A stretch of DNA of 64,000 bases from Lepidodermella squamata (GCA_047495785.1 JBLDXI010000002.1:2790001-2854000), one strand, 5' to 3'; positions 37,271 to 49,699 are shown, counted from the stretch's first letter. Program-made: numbers and translations. Notes: a model not told the origin generated them from the sequence alone.

Positions 37271-37460
37271 TTTGAAAATAAATAATTACCTTATTATTGA
37301 ATGCCTGTTTCTTTATGCTCTGGGGCATAAAAAAATATAAAAATCTTTATTGTTGTCCTCTTTCCAAATAACAAAATAACAAAATAAAAAATAACTCGAC
37401 AAAATAACTCTCTAATAATAAGCATAATAAGCATAATAAGCCCGAATAGATTGTTTTCGG
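37271..37460. mobile_element. 190-bp AT-rich insertion flanked by a 9-bp direct repeat
   Basis: CGAAAGTTC at 37262-70 and 37461-69, with internal short tandem repeats (ATAATAAGC, AAAATAAC). Removal restores the transposase frame. Confidence 0.55.
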
Positions 37461-40104
37461 CGAAAGTTCATTGATTCCTCCATTTCAGTAAAATTTTTAA
37501 AAGCGGTACCTACAGCTATCGCCGGCCCAGCGTAGTTGGGAACTTCATGCACAGAAACAGCCTGGGGCCCAGGATTCATTTCTACGTCGTTCGCTAGTAG
37601 TAAAACGCGATGATGTAAGTTCCAGTCATACAAAATGAATTTGGCAGATGGCTGACAGAAATGATATGTCTCCAACACGTAGTTTTCGTTGCCTTTAATG
37701 AAACACAACCTCGGATAAAGAACTTGCTGCTTCGAATCATATGAAAGCTTCATCAGAACAATCAAAGCAATAGCATAAACCCAGATGGAAAGTCCATACA
37801 CATGTAACGTGGTTCTGCGATAGGAATAGAGACCAAGGAAAATCCAAATGGCTAAAACCGATAAAAGGTAGACGCGGAATATGATCATGAGAACCAGACG
37901 AGGAAATGTGTAACAAAGAAAGGCAACAGCGAAAACTAAGAAGACTTTACGCCAGTACTTCGATAGATAACCAAGTAGCAATGTCATCGCCAGCGATAAA
38001 AAACACCATGAAATCTTCAGCAAAACCAGTATCATGAAAAAACAACCTTCGACAGGCTCTGCGCCAAAGCAAATATGCAAGTGGTGGACACAACTTGCAC
38101 GAGTAAAGACAAGACCATTCGATAGCACGTTCAAAAAATCAAACAATCCCTGAAACAGGAGGCTGAGTCCGGCTTCATAACGTAATACCGGCTGTAATCA
38201 TCAGCATCTAAAACTACTTCATCCACAAAAGCCACATCCAACACCGCCGACTGATAGCAGGTGATACTACAGAAAAACAGCAAGAATCAAATAACTAATG
38301 ACAAGGGTAACGTTCCCACACCTCCGGTGCAGTTTGACAGTACTCAACCAATCACCAATGTAATACCAATGTGTTTTACAAATGCAAGCCAAAGATTGAA
38401 CCGATTTGGCTATCCAACCGTCTTCTACTTTCCTTTTATTCGGATTAGCCATCTTTAATTATCATCTTCTCATCATTTCCTCATCAACAGCTGAGCACCA
38501 CTTCCTTGCTATTCAATGCCGCTTGATTATAGGTGCTTTGCCGCTCGCGGCCGTCACTGAACGTCACTGAATCTAGATCCACTTGAGACTCGAATCCGAA
38601 CATTTATAGCCGTAACTATAGACGCTATTTTGACTTTAAAATATTTTTCTGTTTATATCATAATTGAAAATTATTGTCCCATTTAAATTGAGAACAATGA
38701 AAATCCCTTGCGCTCGCCATTTCAGAATGTGGGGAAGCCGCTACCCATTAATGTTGCAATAGTGTAGATAAGCAGCCTGGCGACACGCTTTTGCTAACTC
38801 CGATGGATAAAAGCAATAATCATACGCAGAAACGACAGCTTAGGGGATGATTGCCTAAAGAATTTGCCGTCGGTAAGGAGTAACGAAATAGCCCTTGGCC
38901 CTTGGCTTACTTCGGCACCGCCACAGCCACGACCTCCTTCCAATCATTCCATCCAATCAGCTTCTCCATCCCTCGGGAAAATAATTTGCCAATAATTGCA
39001 GCTATTTTGAAAGAAAAGTAAAAAATACCTACCGCTGATCCAAAAAATTGACAAAAATTCCTGTTTTTGAGCCATGTAACCAAATTTTCTATAAATAGGG
39101 CATACATCTTGATAAATCGAAAAATGAGATAAATAACGTAGACAATTTTCAAACTAGGCAGTGAAGTAGGCGCGAGAATATTGCTGTGTTTCTTAAAATT
39201 TTAAACATTATTTAAAAGCTTATTAATGGGCTTGTTCGGCTGGAAATAATCGATTTTCTCCGCATCTCACCTTAATTTCTTCAGCTTGGATCCTCAGACC
39301 TAAAAATAATAAATTCAAATGAGCATTCTCATCAAAGAAATCGAAGCCAAAATTGCAATCAAATAAGGAAAATATTTCAATCAAAATAATTTTTCGAGCA
39401 GGAAATGGATCTTTTTATTTGACTTAGCTGCCAATTGATGCTAGAAAATTCATTTCTAATGAGTCCAATCTCATGAAGCGATAAGAGGAGCCATGATCAC
39501 TGTAGCTGATAATATATTTGATTGATATATTAGGAATTCTTTAACATTTTTTGGGTCCAAATTTAGCGCTACGGCCAACTTAATTATTTTAGTGATAAAA
39601 ATGACAGAAATCTCTCACCGCCATTACCTTAATAATTATTACCGTCAATACTTACGCAATATACCTTCAACACCTCAATAATTACCTCAAAAATGACAAT
39701 AACCTTCAAATTGAAACTCGGATTTCCAACTATTAAAATTTAATTTGGCATATTCATCGCTTGCGGCGATTGCGCAACACGTAATACTACTGTGTGGTCT
39801 CAATTACTATGAACAGTCAGAAATAAATATTTGCTTGTAGTGTAAAAGCGGCTATAATTTAGGATAGACTGCTTACTCATGAGAAAAAGGGTGCTACGCC
39901 ATGGGCGCCGGATAGTCAGCTGATTCATCAGCGCTTGGAGGAAAAGTAAACAAAATATTCGATCGTTTTTTTACTGGTTCCGTGACGGTTTCGATTTCCC
40001 CAAGGGTTTCGTTGACGGATCCAGACAGAGGAAACGCTGATTATTTGTTCGAAATTTGTGAAGGAATTTTGACTGGTGTTATAAAAAATGGTTTCGCAGT
40101 CACG

Positions 40105-40140
40105 AATAAAATAAAATAAAAATAAAATAAAGTAAATAAA
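40105..40140 (+). repeat. (AATAA)n simple repeat, possible retroposon 3' tail
   Basis: Read directly. Confidence 0.6.
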
Positions 40141-41007
40141 TTTCGTGATCTATGAAGTTGAAATTGAAGCAGTATTTTAATGGCCAAGCATGCAGCAGTC
40201 TATAAACTCGCGCACCATTCTGTGAACAGCTCAAGTAAACGTTTCAGTTAAGCGGCTGCTGCCGTGAAATAAACATTATGGCGACTTGATGACGACAAAT
40301 GCAAGCCATAGTCGGCCGAAAACTAACAGCTTCAACTTGATAATGGTTTAGGTTGACGGTTCCTTATGAAATTAATATTCGACCTTAATTTTTGTTAGTT
40401 ATGGATCCGAAATTTACTTGCAATCGGCTTATATTTCAAAAACGGTACTTCCGATACAGCGTCGGTGGCGTAGTTGGTTTGGCGGCACTTGTGCTGCTTG
40501 GGTGCAAAGTTCGGGTCCCGGTGCCGCTGTTGTTTTTTGAATTATTCTTGATGTGTTTGTGCGAGATAGGTCAGAGGTCCTGTGCGGGATAGTGAAGGAG
40601 GCTTGTGCGGGAACGGTGCGCGATAGTGCGGGATATAGTGCGGGTTTTGCTGCGGGATCGTCTCATTCACCGGCACATGCTTCTAGAACATACTACGATT
40701 CGGGAACCTTCCATAGTTCCAGATTATTCCATAGACATTTATAAAGACCTTTTGCTTTCTGTTAGCTTTAGATCGTATTAATGTACAACATATCTGCGGT
40801 TGAATAATACTGAGGTTTTACTGTCGTTGCAAATTCCAGTGTGGTTCCTAGAACGCGCACTTCTGCCATTTTCGAAAAACAATTTTCGCTGTTTTATTTT
40901 TCCTGCTTGACTAAATCGCTGGATATTTTCGCTCAATCTATTGCGTCAACATCTACGTCAACATCGATCGACTTTCCGCGAGCACGTGGCAATTCCACTA
41001 TCAATGA

Positions 41008-42675
41008 ATGGCGTCTGGAAGCAAAAACTCGATGGCGGCATTTCAACAAGTCATGCAAGAACATCCGAAAGCTAGCTTACTGTTTAGAAGCCTTGATGCT
41101 AGAATTCAAATGCAATTCGTATCAATGAATGCATCTGTTCTGCATGGAATCTTCAACATCGTCGACGCAATCATCTCCAACCAGGACAAACAACCGGGTA
41201 TGGATCTTTTGATTCTAATGCTGAAGACTATGATGGATCTACGAGGGAAAGTATACTCTTTGAATGATCCCGAATACGACGACGGCAAACCAACAACTGT
41301 CGAGATGGGTACGCAATCCTGCCAACAACGTGCGAACAACTCTACGCAGATGATCCAAGAGAATCGGCCCAAGCAAATGGTGCCGAAGAAGCATTCAACT
41401 GAGAAGATTTTCGTTAAGACCGACCCGAACTGCGATCGAAAACAAGTGCCCCAACCCCGCCGCCAAGTGCTGCGTCCATTCCAGCTTCTTTCGTGGTTGC
41501 GAGGCCTATCGAGCGCTTGTCAAGGACATTCGGCTGGCCCGGCTTTTCCGTTGCCAAGTTGAACGAGAGCGTGTCTGCGGTCTCCAGCCTTCCTCCGCCT
41601 GACGCGTACGTGCTGTTTGCAGGAGACCTGAACGCCTGGTGCCCCGAGTTTAGGACCCCGCCGTAGAACGACAATGGCCGCATACTCAGCCCGCTGCTAG
41701 CGCTCCTCGGCGTTGTCCTCCTCAGCTCGCCCAACGCCCCCACCCGCTGGCGTGCTGGTCACGTCCCCCGTGTCTTAGGCGTCTAGATGAGCTCGCCGCC
41801 TGTCTCCAGGCCCCCGCTGGTCGGCGAGCAGCTCGGATCAGATCACGCCGTCACGTTTTGCGACTTCTCAGTGCCGCTACGCAACCCCTGGAACGCACCT
41901 CCCTATGGCAACCTTCCCCGCCCGCAGCCCTTACGTTTCGATTTTTCCCGTGCCGATTGGCCGGCCTATGAGCGTGAATGCGACTCCCGTCTTCCCGCCA
42001 TTGTTGGCCCCAAGGGTGGCGACCCGGTCGTTGTGCTGGACCGCTTCTCCGACGCCCTGGTCAAGATCATGTTAGACAGCGATTATTCCCCGGGTTCCCA
42101 TTGGTCGGCTACCGCGGCTCCAGCTGAATGCGGCTGCGATCGAGTTACGCACCTTCTGTGAAGGCCGGCACCGCCACGAAAACTCTGCCGCGTCAAAGGC
42201 CACCTTGAACGCCGCGACACGCCAGGTATCCCGCGAGGTCGCTCTCATTCAGCAAGCGAGCGGAATCTCCAGCGCATCGAGCAGCTCTTCCGCGATAGTC
42301 AAAGCGCCCGCGCCTGGCAGGCTGCAAAGCGCATGCTGGGCGGCCCGAAGTCGCAGTGCCGTGATTTGCCCGCCCTCTGGATTTGGCGGAGCCGTCGTCA
42401 CCTCAAGTGCTGAGAAGGCCCGAGTGTTCGCCCTGACCTGCTCGCCTGTCTTCGTTATGCGCCGTCGACGAGCCCGCACGCGGAAGATGCGGTCTTCTGG
42501 CAGTCCATCGACACGGCCTGTGCGGGTGACCCCGAGCTCCACCCGCTGGCTGTCCTGCCTCACGACCTGCCGCTCCGCATCTCGAGGCCGGCCTTCAATG
42601 CGCAGCTCGCCCGCCTGAAACTGAAGGCACCTGGTGCCGACGGCATGCTCAATCCCCAGTTCAAGCGTGCATTAT
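41008..42675 (+). mobile_element. Degenerate GC-rich Jockey/I-like LINE fragment (possible ORF1 part, APE endonuclease, interdomain)
   Basis: Broken frames contain LFAGDLNA, PTRW, LGSDH, FDFSRADW and KAPGADG; many stops and frameshifts. Confidence 0.75.
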
Positions 42676-42979
42676 AGTCCGGATTTGCAGGATTTGAAGG
42701 TCACATTCAGCAAAAAATCACTCCGCCACGCTGCTTTATTCTGATGCATTTTTTAGGGCTCGTTATTCCGTCGTTTCGTCGTCGTTTCGTCGTCATTTCG
42801 TCATATATTTTTTTCGTCGATGTGATTCTTATCATATTATTTTCTCTGAGCAATATTGATGCCAGAATTTGTGATTAATAGCATATAGCAATAATAAAAA
42901 ATGACAAAATAAAATATTTATATTGATGTGTTTTCTTTTGCATTTTATTGTTCTATGCTGAAAATTATAATTATACTAG

Positions 42980-44380
42980 ATGAATTACTCCGTGCCTATC
43001 GACGTAGATGAGCTTCGGAGAACTATGAGCCGTTCTCGACCGAAGGCCACTTCTATTTTAGGGCTGAACAAGCGAAGCGTATTATCAAGGGCAGGAAATG
43101 CGCAGCTGATCCACTTGCAGCAGTTGCCTTCTAGCCAGCTTGGCACGTCAATGAATGGCGCTGTGATAGAACAGGCTACACTTAAAATAAATTATAGAGG
43201 TTTTGGTGTGGTCGAAACACAGTGGCCTGTTAGCAAGCCTATTCATCCTGAGTCCAGAGCTGAGGCGTGAGCGATACATTTTTTCATAATTTAAAACGTC
43301 AGGGATTTTGTAAACATCGTTACCAGGTTAGTCAGCCTAGGAATTCGTCACAATTTTGGAGCAACTCAATGTTTTGGAATGAGGCTATCCAGATGTGTCT
43401 AAGGATAATTTTTTCCGAGTTCGAAAGGCTATGGGAAATTATCTGCCTATTCATGATGTAAACGGTATTCATACTATATTGAAAATAGGTTTTCAAACTA
43501 TCAACAATTAGCTTTATTCTTAGATATCAGCTCTTGGAGATCGGTGGTTGACTTGGCGAAAATATGGATAGGAAACGGTGAGTTGTCCGCAGAGCGCGTC
43601 AATGATGTGCGACTTCAAATCGACGGAATGAAAGGCCGCACCAGCCTAAATCATGGTAATGTTATCGCAAATTTATGCCTGGTTGATTCGAAAGCTCAAG
43701 TTACCGTTGATGATGAGCACCTAATGGCTTTTTTTCGAGGCTCCGAAACTAGCGAAAATCTCCGATCACTTTTCGCACCTTTCATCGATGATCTAGTCAC
43801 CTGCGTTCGTGATGGCGTGAATTGCGATGACGTCAACTACGATTTTTGCCTAATCGTTTTATGCGATTATTCTTTGCTTACAAAGCTATGATTGGCTTGC
43901 GCTCATCTCAACAGATTATCGGTGCACTGAATGCGAATTTCGTGAGTCGAGCGTAAAGCCTACGTCAAAAGATTCCCCGTCAAGCAAAATGTCAAGTAAA
44001 AGTCGACTACGGCGCCAGTTGAGTAACTCTGAGAAAAAGCTAGCTTTTAAACGCCGCAGATATGACCTATTCAACCTAAGATGTCGCGGTAAGAAGGGCT
44101 GGTCCAAACACCATTCGCCGATGATTAGGCTTCCCCGGAAAAAATTCGTAATTTTGCCGGACATTTTTCACTTGAAGGTTAATGTTCCCAAAATGCTTTT
44201 CCAAGCGGTGAGATCTTAGCTTGGAATGAATTCTGAAATTAACCAAGTCCTAATCAGGTTTTTCGATTTTACTTTTCCGCAAATCTGAAAGGAAGCGCTC
44301 TAAAATTGGCTTCATTTTTGGAATCAACTGATGTAAGAAAATGGAAAATAATTGTTTTTAACAAATGGTGCCCATCTGTG
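42980..44380 (+). pseudogene. RAG1/Transib/Chapaev-like DDE transposase relic
   Basis: Ordered motifs LQIDGMKG, GSETSENLRSL, CDYSLL, IGLRS/STDYRCTEC (across frameshifts) and LPDIFHLKVN. The candidate right terminus reads CACAGATGGGC on the minus strand from 44380. Confidence 0.6.
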
Positions 44381-44723
44381 ACTGGACCCCGGACTCCCCC
44401 AGGTAACTGTAACCTTACTTTTATGCCCGATACTTTTGTTGCCTTGTTGGTGCTGGTCCGCGGCTCCTGCCCCGTGTCTCCTGACCTCCTGGCCTCCTGA
44501 GTTCCCGCTGGGCCACGGGTGGCAGCGCGTGCAAACGGCGGCCCGTGTGCAGCAGTCCGGTCCTTTTCCTGTACACAGACGCTATTTAGTTATACCTCGG
44601 TTATGCTTGTCTATTCGCCATTGTTAACGGGTCTCAAAATTACAAAATTTCGATTTATAAAGTTGGGTCCCCTCGGTTTCTGGTTTTCCTCAAGTGCGTG
44701 CGTCGTGTTTTCGGCCCTGCCTA

Positions 44724-46093
44724 GGGTGTTTTTTTTATTCGACCCGGCTTGCCCGCGCCCGCACTGCCCGCACACGTTCATTTATTCTGCCCAGACTGCC
44801 CGAACATCCACGGGCACCCGAACACATTTTTTTATCCACCCAGCTTGCCCGCACTCCACACATCGCCCATAACGCCCGGCCTCTCAAGACCGGGCAGCTG
44901 CGGGAAAATGATCACGCACGCGATTCGAAGCAGCAAAAAATTGCTAAAAAAATAACGTAGTGCAAGTGATTTTTTTTTCTGATGCTGAATAATGATTCAG
45001 GAAATCATAAAATAAATGCAAATAATTTAAAAATTAATTATGCTCAATAAGAAGTACATTAAAATCGCAGCGATACAAGCAATCCCGGGTGGTTATTTCA
45101 CTTCAATTTATCTCTATAATGGCCCCGCATTGGAATTGCTTTAAATTATTTTTGCTTTCCGCTATCGAACCGAGAGATGTGAAATTTGGATCGCTTTTCA
45201 TCGTAGACTCGTGTATCGAATCACAATAACAGATAACAGTGGAGAAAAATACCGAAAGTCTAAAACCGTATTGATTATCAAATTTTAATACTTAATGCTG
45301 CATTAAACAGCCTTCATCAAATCCAAATTATTGAATCAGTTATCGGTTATTATCTTGATCTTTTCTGATTTTGGAGCTGCGTTTTAGAACAGGTCTACCG
45401 AGTAAACCATGGCAATTTTCGCGAAATTTGCAAATTTTGAATTCAAAAGTCCAGCCTCAGCTCAAAAATTTACAAAATTTCATGATAATTTTAGAATATT
45501 GGTGAATGATGAGATCGAATTTATCCAGATCCGAAGCGAGTCGGACACCGAAATTAAACATTGCATGGCGAATGACCTTGACCATCAGGTTGGTCAGGCC
45601 TGTTTCAGAATATTTTCAGAATGGGAATTTGCGATCAGATATATCATATGAAATCAAACTGAGCATTTAGAACATTTCATTCAATCATGCTGCAAATTTT
45701 CCATCAAAATTCACGGGAATAATCAAGTTAAACTGCAATAATGCGAAAAATATTTTCCCTTGGTTTTTGTGGGCATAAGCATGAATCGCCTATCACAGTA
45801 AAAAATCGCGAAAATAAAGTTATATTAGCACTAGAGCCCGATTACGTTTTTTTACTCGCCCGTGTTTCCCAGCTCGCCCGCGTAGAAGTTGTTTTGATAA
45901 AAAAACGTTTTCGGACCGCCCGCACAGCCCGGATTTTTTTATTCACGTCGCAGTGATGCCCAACTCGCCGCCCGGACGAAAAATCCGGGGAATAAAAAAA
46001 TTTACACGCGCCCGCAAAGCCCGTATTTTTTATTGCTCGCCCGTACAATCCGCCGGATCTCCCCGGGCACAGTGGGGAATAAAAAAAACACCC
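44724..46093. mobile_element. 1370-bp PIF/Harbinger-like non-autonomous element
   Basis: TIR GGGTGTTTTTTTTTATTC / GAATAAAAAAAAACACCC, 3-bp TSD CTA, repeated subterminal TTTTTATT..GCCCG motifs. Confidence 0.8.
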
Positions 46094-47297
46094 CTAGCGG
46101 TGGGGCCGTGGACCTACAGAGAGTCCGTAAAGTCCTGATGGCACTATATCAGTATATAGTATAGTACATTTTATATAGCAAGGCTAAAAATCAATAATCT
46201 GTCATTTTATTGATCGGTTATAATAATAATGTCAGTGCGAGAAATGAAAGAAAAGCCGAATTGAGCACTGTTTGAAGAGCACTGCGAGGCCGATCAGAGC
46301 GAATCCACTGCTGTCAGAGAGAAACGAAGTGCTCTGAATACAACAAAAGCAAAAAATGAAGGAAAAAGGCGTTTTTTACTATTAAAGATAATGCTCTCGC
46401 CATTTCTTATGAATTCGCGGAATGAAAGATGCGCGCATGAGATAGATCTATGCGTATAATCGGGGTATGTATTCGCGCGTGCGGGAAAAAAATATGTGCG
46501 ACAATTGGCCATATATTTGTGTGGTATGACATGAGTAAAAAGTTTATATCTGAACGGAGCCAACCGAGAATTACTAGTCGGAACGAGCCGGAGGCGAGTT
46601 GCGATGAGTAAATCGAGTGCGGCGATTTCAGATATGAACGATTTACGAATGTTATACCGTAAAATATCGAATTGGCTACTCCACCTATATTTTTGGGGAT
46701 AACTCTATATTTTTATCAAAAACTCATTGCCGCGATTTTCTTCTTGTTTCTTAAAGATGAGACAGAAGCTTCGAGAGCTTCCAGGCCTAATTGTTCAGGT
46801 CAGTCTTTTTTGGACCACAACCATGAAGGATAAACAAAGCAGGCTTCTGCTGTCGTTCGTCGTTCGTGGATCGCTTCCTAATCGAAAACTTGCAGCTTGA
46901 TCTGACGACCTAACCAGTTTGGCCACAAATTAGCGCTGAAAGTGATTAGCGCCAAGGGACGGCGAGAGTAAGGACGCATCACCGGCAGGTTGAGTGTTAG
47001 ATGGTCGAGGCGTACCTATGCTAAAGACGTCATAACCCCTGGCAGGTTTGGAATATTTAGAGCGGAAATGCATTTTAGCAGTTATTGGAGCAGAGAGGAA
47101 AGTACCGCTAGGGATGGTAGGAATCATCGCTACCAGTTCAACTGAGTCAAAGACCAAATGGGGCTCTTGTTTCATTAACTTAATCAGCTCTACTGTCCTA
47201 CTTCGCTCTCTGGGTTTTTGGGCTCTCTGGCTTTTTTACATTAGCAAATTCGCTTCGGAGGGTAATTTCCAAAGCTCATTAACGCCGCTATTATGAT

Positions 47298-47481
47298 CCA
47301 TTTGACGGTAAGTATTTTATCGCAGCACGCAAACAATAGAAAGCAATTTTACCGCACGCGATTTGTTGTATGCTTGAGTGTTGCAGTTTAGTGCCGTTTA
47401 CGGTAAATTATTTACCGCCACTAGAGAACAATGGCGAGATGGAGTTACCGTCAAATGGAGAGTTGTATCGAAACGCTAGCG
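47298..47481 (-). mobile_element. Internally deleted, inverted copy of the 50427-50898 MITE family
   Basis: Shares CCATTTGACGGTAA..TTACCGTCAAATGGAGA ends and the CTAGAGAACAATG.CGAGATGGAG segment. Confidence 0.75.
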
Positions 47482-48146
47482 ACGAGTATAGCAGAAAGAT
47501 TATTCCTGCTACACGAGTAATTGGAAGAGTCTAACATGACGGAGCGAACGAAAAAGCATACAAAATGGTGGTATTATGGTCGTATATGCTTAATAAATGA
47601 AAATCCACCGGGTTGATTTTGAAAACCTACGGTACTCCGTTAGATCCCTCCACGAGTAATCGTTCTGAGACTTTTCAACCCGTTTCACCGTACCTTAAAT
47701 TATTAAATCAATTAAAACCAGTCCTGAGTGAACAATTGCCCGCAGGACACACAATTTTCCGAAGCTATTTGTTCTGCGAATGAAATATCAAGAATTCCCA
47801 CGGTATATAGCCGTATTCTTCATTGCAAAGTAAAACAAACCAACAAATGCAGGTTTTAACCGCATTGAATTCTGGGAAACTGCGTATAATTGTTGCAAAA
47901 GCTACGTACTCCAGTTCAAAAAGAATAAGTTCACATTTTACCCAGCATACTCCTTATTATTATATCCTAATCCATACAAAAGACGCCTTATCGATTTTTT
48001 CATTGCGCTTGTTTTTTTAGCAAACTATGCAGATATGTTCCAAAGCGCTGCACAAAATTTCGAGGTAGAAACCTGGCCCCTTTGCGAACCGCACGGTAGA
48101 ATTCCCTTTACAAGGAGATTAATGTTCTTTGCAGTAATTCTTATAC

Positions 48147-48446
48147 TTTCACCGAAGGAAATTTGAAAATATGCGGTGAAAGTAACGGACGAAACCAATT
48201 TTCATGACTTCACCAGCTATTTACATTAGGTTTGAAAGTATTTCTGTGATCATCAGGTGTATTCACGGTAAAAATCGTTTAAACTTGACCATTCGCGAAG
48301 ATGAGATGCAACAAATGAGTTGACCGTGTACAATTAATTAATTCAAAGTGGAACGCTTCGAACCAAGTGGTATTTGGGACAAAAACTCATTCCATCCGAC
48401 ATTAGATGTCTTATTTAATCGAATTTTCAAATTTCCTTCGGTGAAA
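48147..48446. mobile_element. About 300-bp MITE
   Basis: 24-bp perfect inverted repeat TTTCACCGAAGGAAATTTGAAAAT; TSD not resolved. Confidence 0.6.
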
Positions 48447-48715
48447 ATGTTAAGCTTATTAACAAAATCACTTTGGCTAAAAAAAAGAATGAATCTACCG
48501 TCATGACTAGAATGATATCGCTGTTTTCCGGTGAGAATTCGGTAAAAGCAACCTGGTTTTTCATGGTGTTCGCCTGGTTCGTACTTACATTATTATTATT
48601 ATACGATCCAGAAAAAATGCTGTATTATCGATTTTTCTTATGCTATATAATGTACTATGCTATATATTTATATTGCCTCTATGACTTTACGGACTCCCTG
48701 TAGGTCATGCGGTTT

Positions 48716-49632
48716 GGGTGTATTTTTTTATTCCCCGCCTTGCCCGGGGCAGCCCGCCGGATGTCACGGGAAAACAATAAAAAAATCCGGGCTGGGCGGG
48801 CAATGCGCACATTTTTTTATTCGCCCGTGTTTTTCTGCGGATGAGCTAGGATTTTCTGGGAATTGCGGGAAAAAAGCAATAAAAAAATCCGGGAAACGCG
48901 GGCGCCCGAATGCATTCAGCAATACAGCCCAACTCTCCCGCGGGAAAGCGGGGAAACGCGGAAAAATTATTGAATGTTATCGGGCAGATCCGGGAAGTAA
49001 CAGCGCCTGAGCGCGTTTTTGACGATGCGCGTGTTATAGTGAATTGAAAAAGATGGTACTTCAATGCACATCGTTCTACTATCGTTTTACTCTATGTTCA
49101 AGTTGACACTAATTTTAGCTCTGTCAAATACACATTTTGTAATTTGAAATCGTTTTTGTTTTCAGTACCGATGAGTTTTTCATGGACTACTTGATCTCCT
49201 TCGCGCTCGTCAATGTCGTTAACAGCGATACTAAAACTTTCACTCTAAATGGCCCTTTTTCGTAACCCCGGGAAAATTCGAAAAATCGATTCCGTAATTG
49301 GAAAATCGGTATAAAGTTATCACAGATAGGTTAGGCTGAGATGATTAATCGTGTATTCTAGTTATTTAAGTTAAATTAAGTCATTCTTATGGTTTTTTGC
49401 TGTGAAATCGCGTGCCTGATCAATTTTTTGCTTCATCGCCCGGCTTCGCCCGGTCTCAAAAGGCCGGGCGTTACGGGCTGGCCGGGAAGTGCGGGAAACC
49501 AGAGAAAATTGCTGAATGCTCTGCGGACGATACGGGCGAGTCGGGCTGTGCGGGCAGAATAAAAAAATGTACATGGGCTGTGCCCGGCTTTTTTGCGTTC
49601 GGGCAGGCCGGGCTGAATATAAAAATACACCC
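48716..49632. mobile_element. 917-bp PIF/Harbinger-like MITE related to 44724-46093
   Basis: TIR GGGTGTATTTTT..ATTC / GAAT.TAAAAATACACCC, 3-bp TSD TTT. Confidence 0.8.
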
Positions 49633-49699
49633 TTTTATTACAAACGATTTTCGCATAAAAGTACTATGCGCGGCCTTATGCTGCTGTTTTTGCTGTACA

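Larger units (their letters stand above)
30920..38452 (-). pseudogene. Mutator/ZSWIM3-like transposase pseudogene with N-terminal multi-TM segment and 2A-like motif, broken by five nested insertions
   Basis: After removing the insertions and one TSD copy each, the frame reads ...DVEMNPGP..VGTAFKNFTEMEES..YACWCSRKHR..YTVTSRSMEHNH..PTRKDIQN..ICVQTQRLQ*LANLYPEVLHIDG..KVNDRKMPLVSFCITDNHGTGQAVFHA. This is a FAR1/WRKY-type DBD followed by MULE catalytic motifs. Confidence 0.8.
46117..48700. mobile_element. 2.6-kb Tc1/mariner-like non-autonomous element containing nested MITEs
   Basis: Imperfect TIRs of about 100 bp starting CAG(A/G)GAGTCCGTAAAGTC, flanked by TA on both sides within GACC-TA-GGTC. 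Confidence 0.75.
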
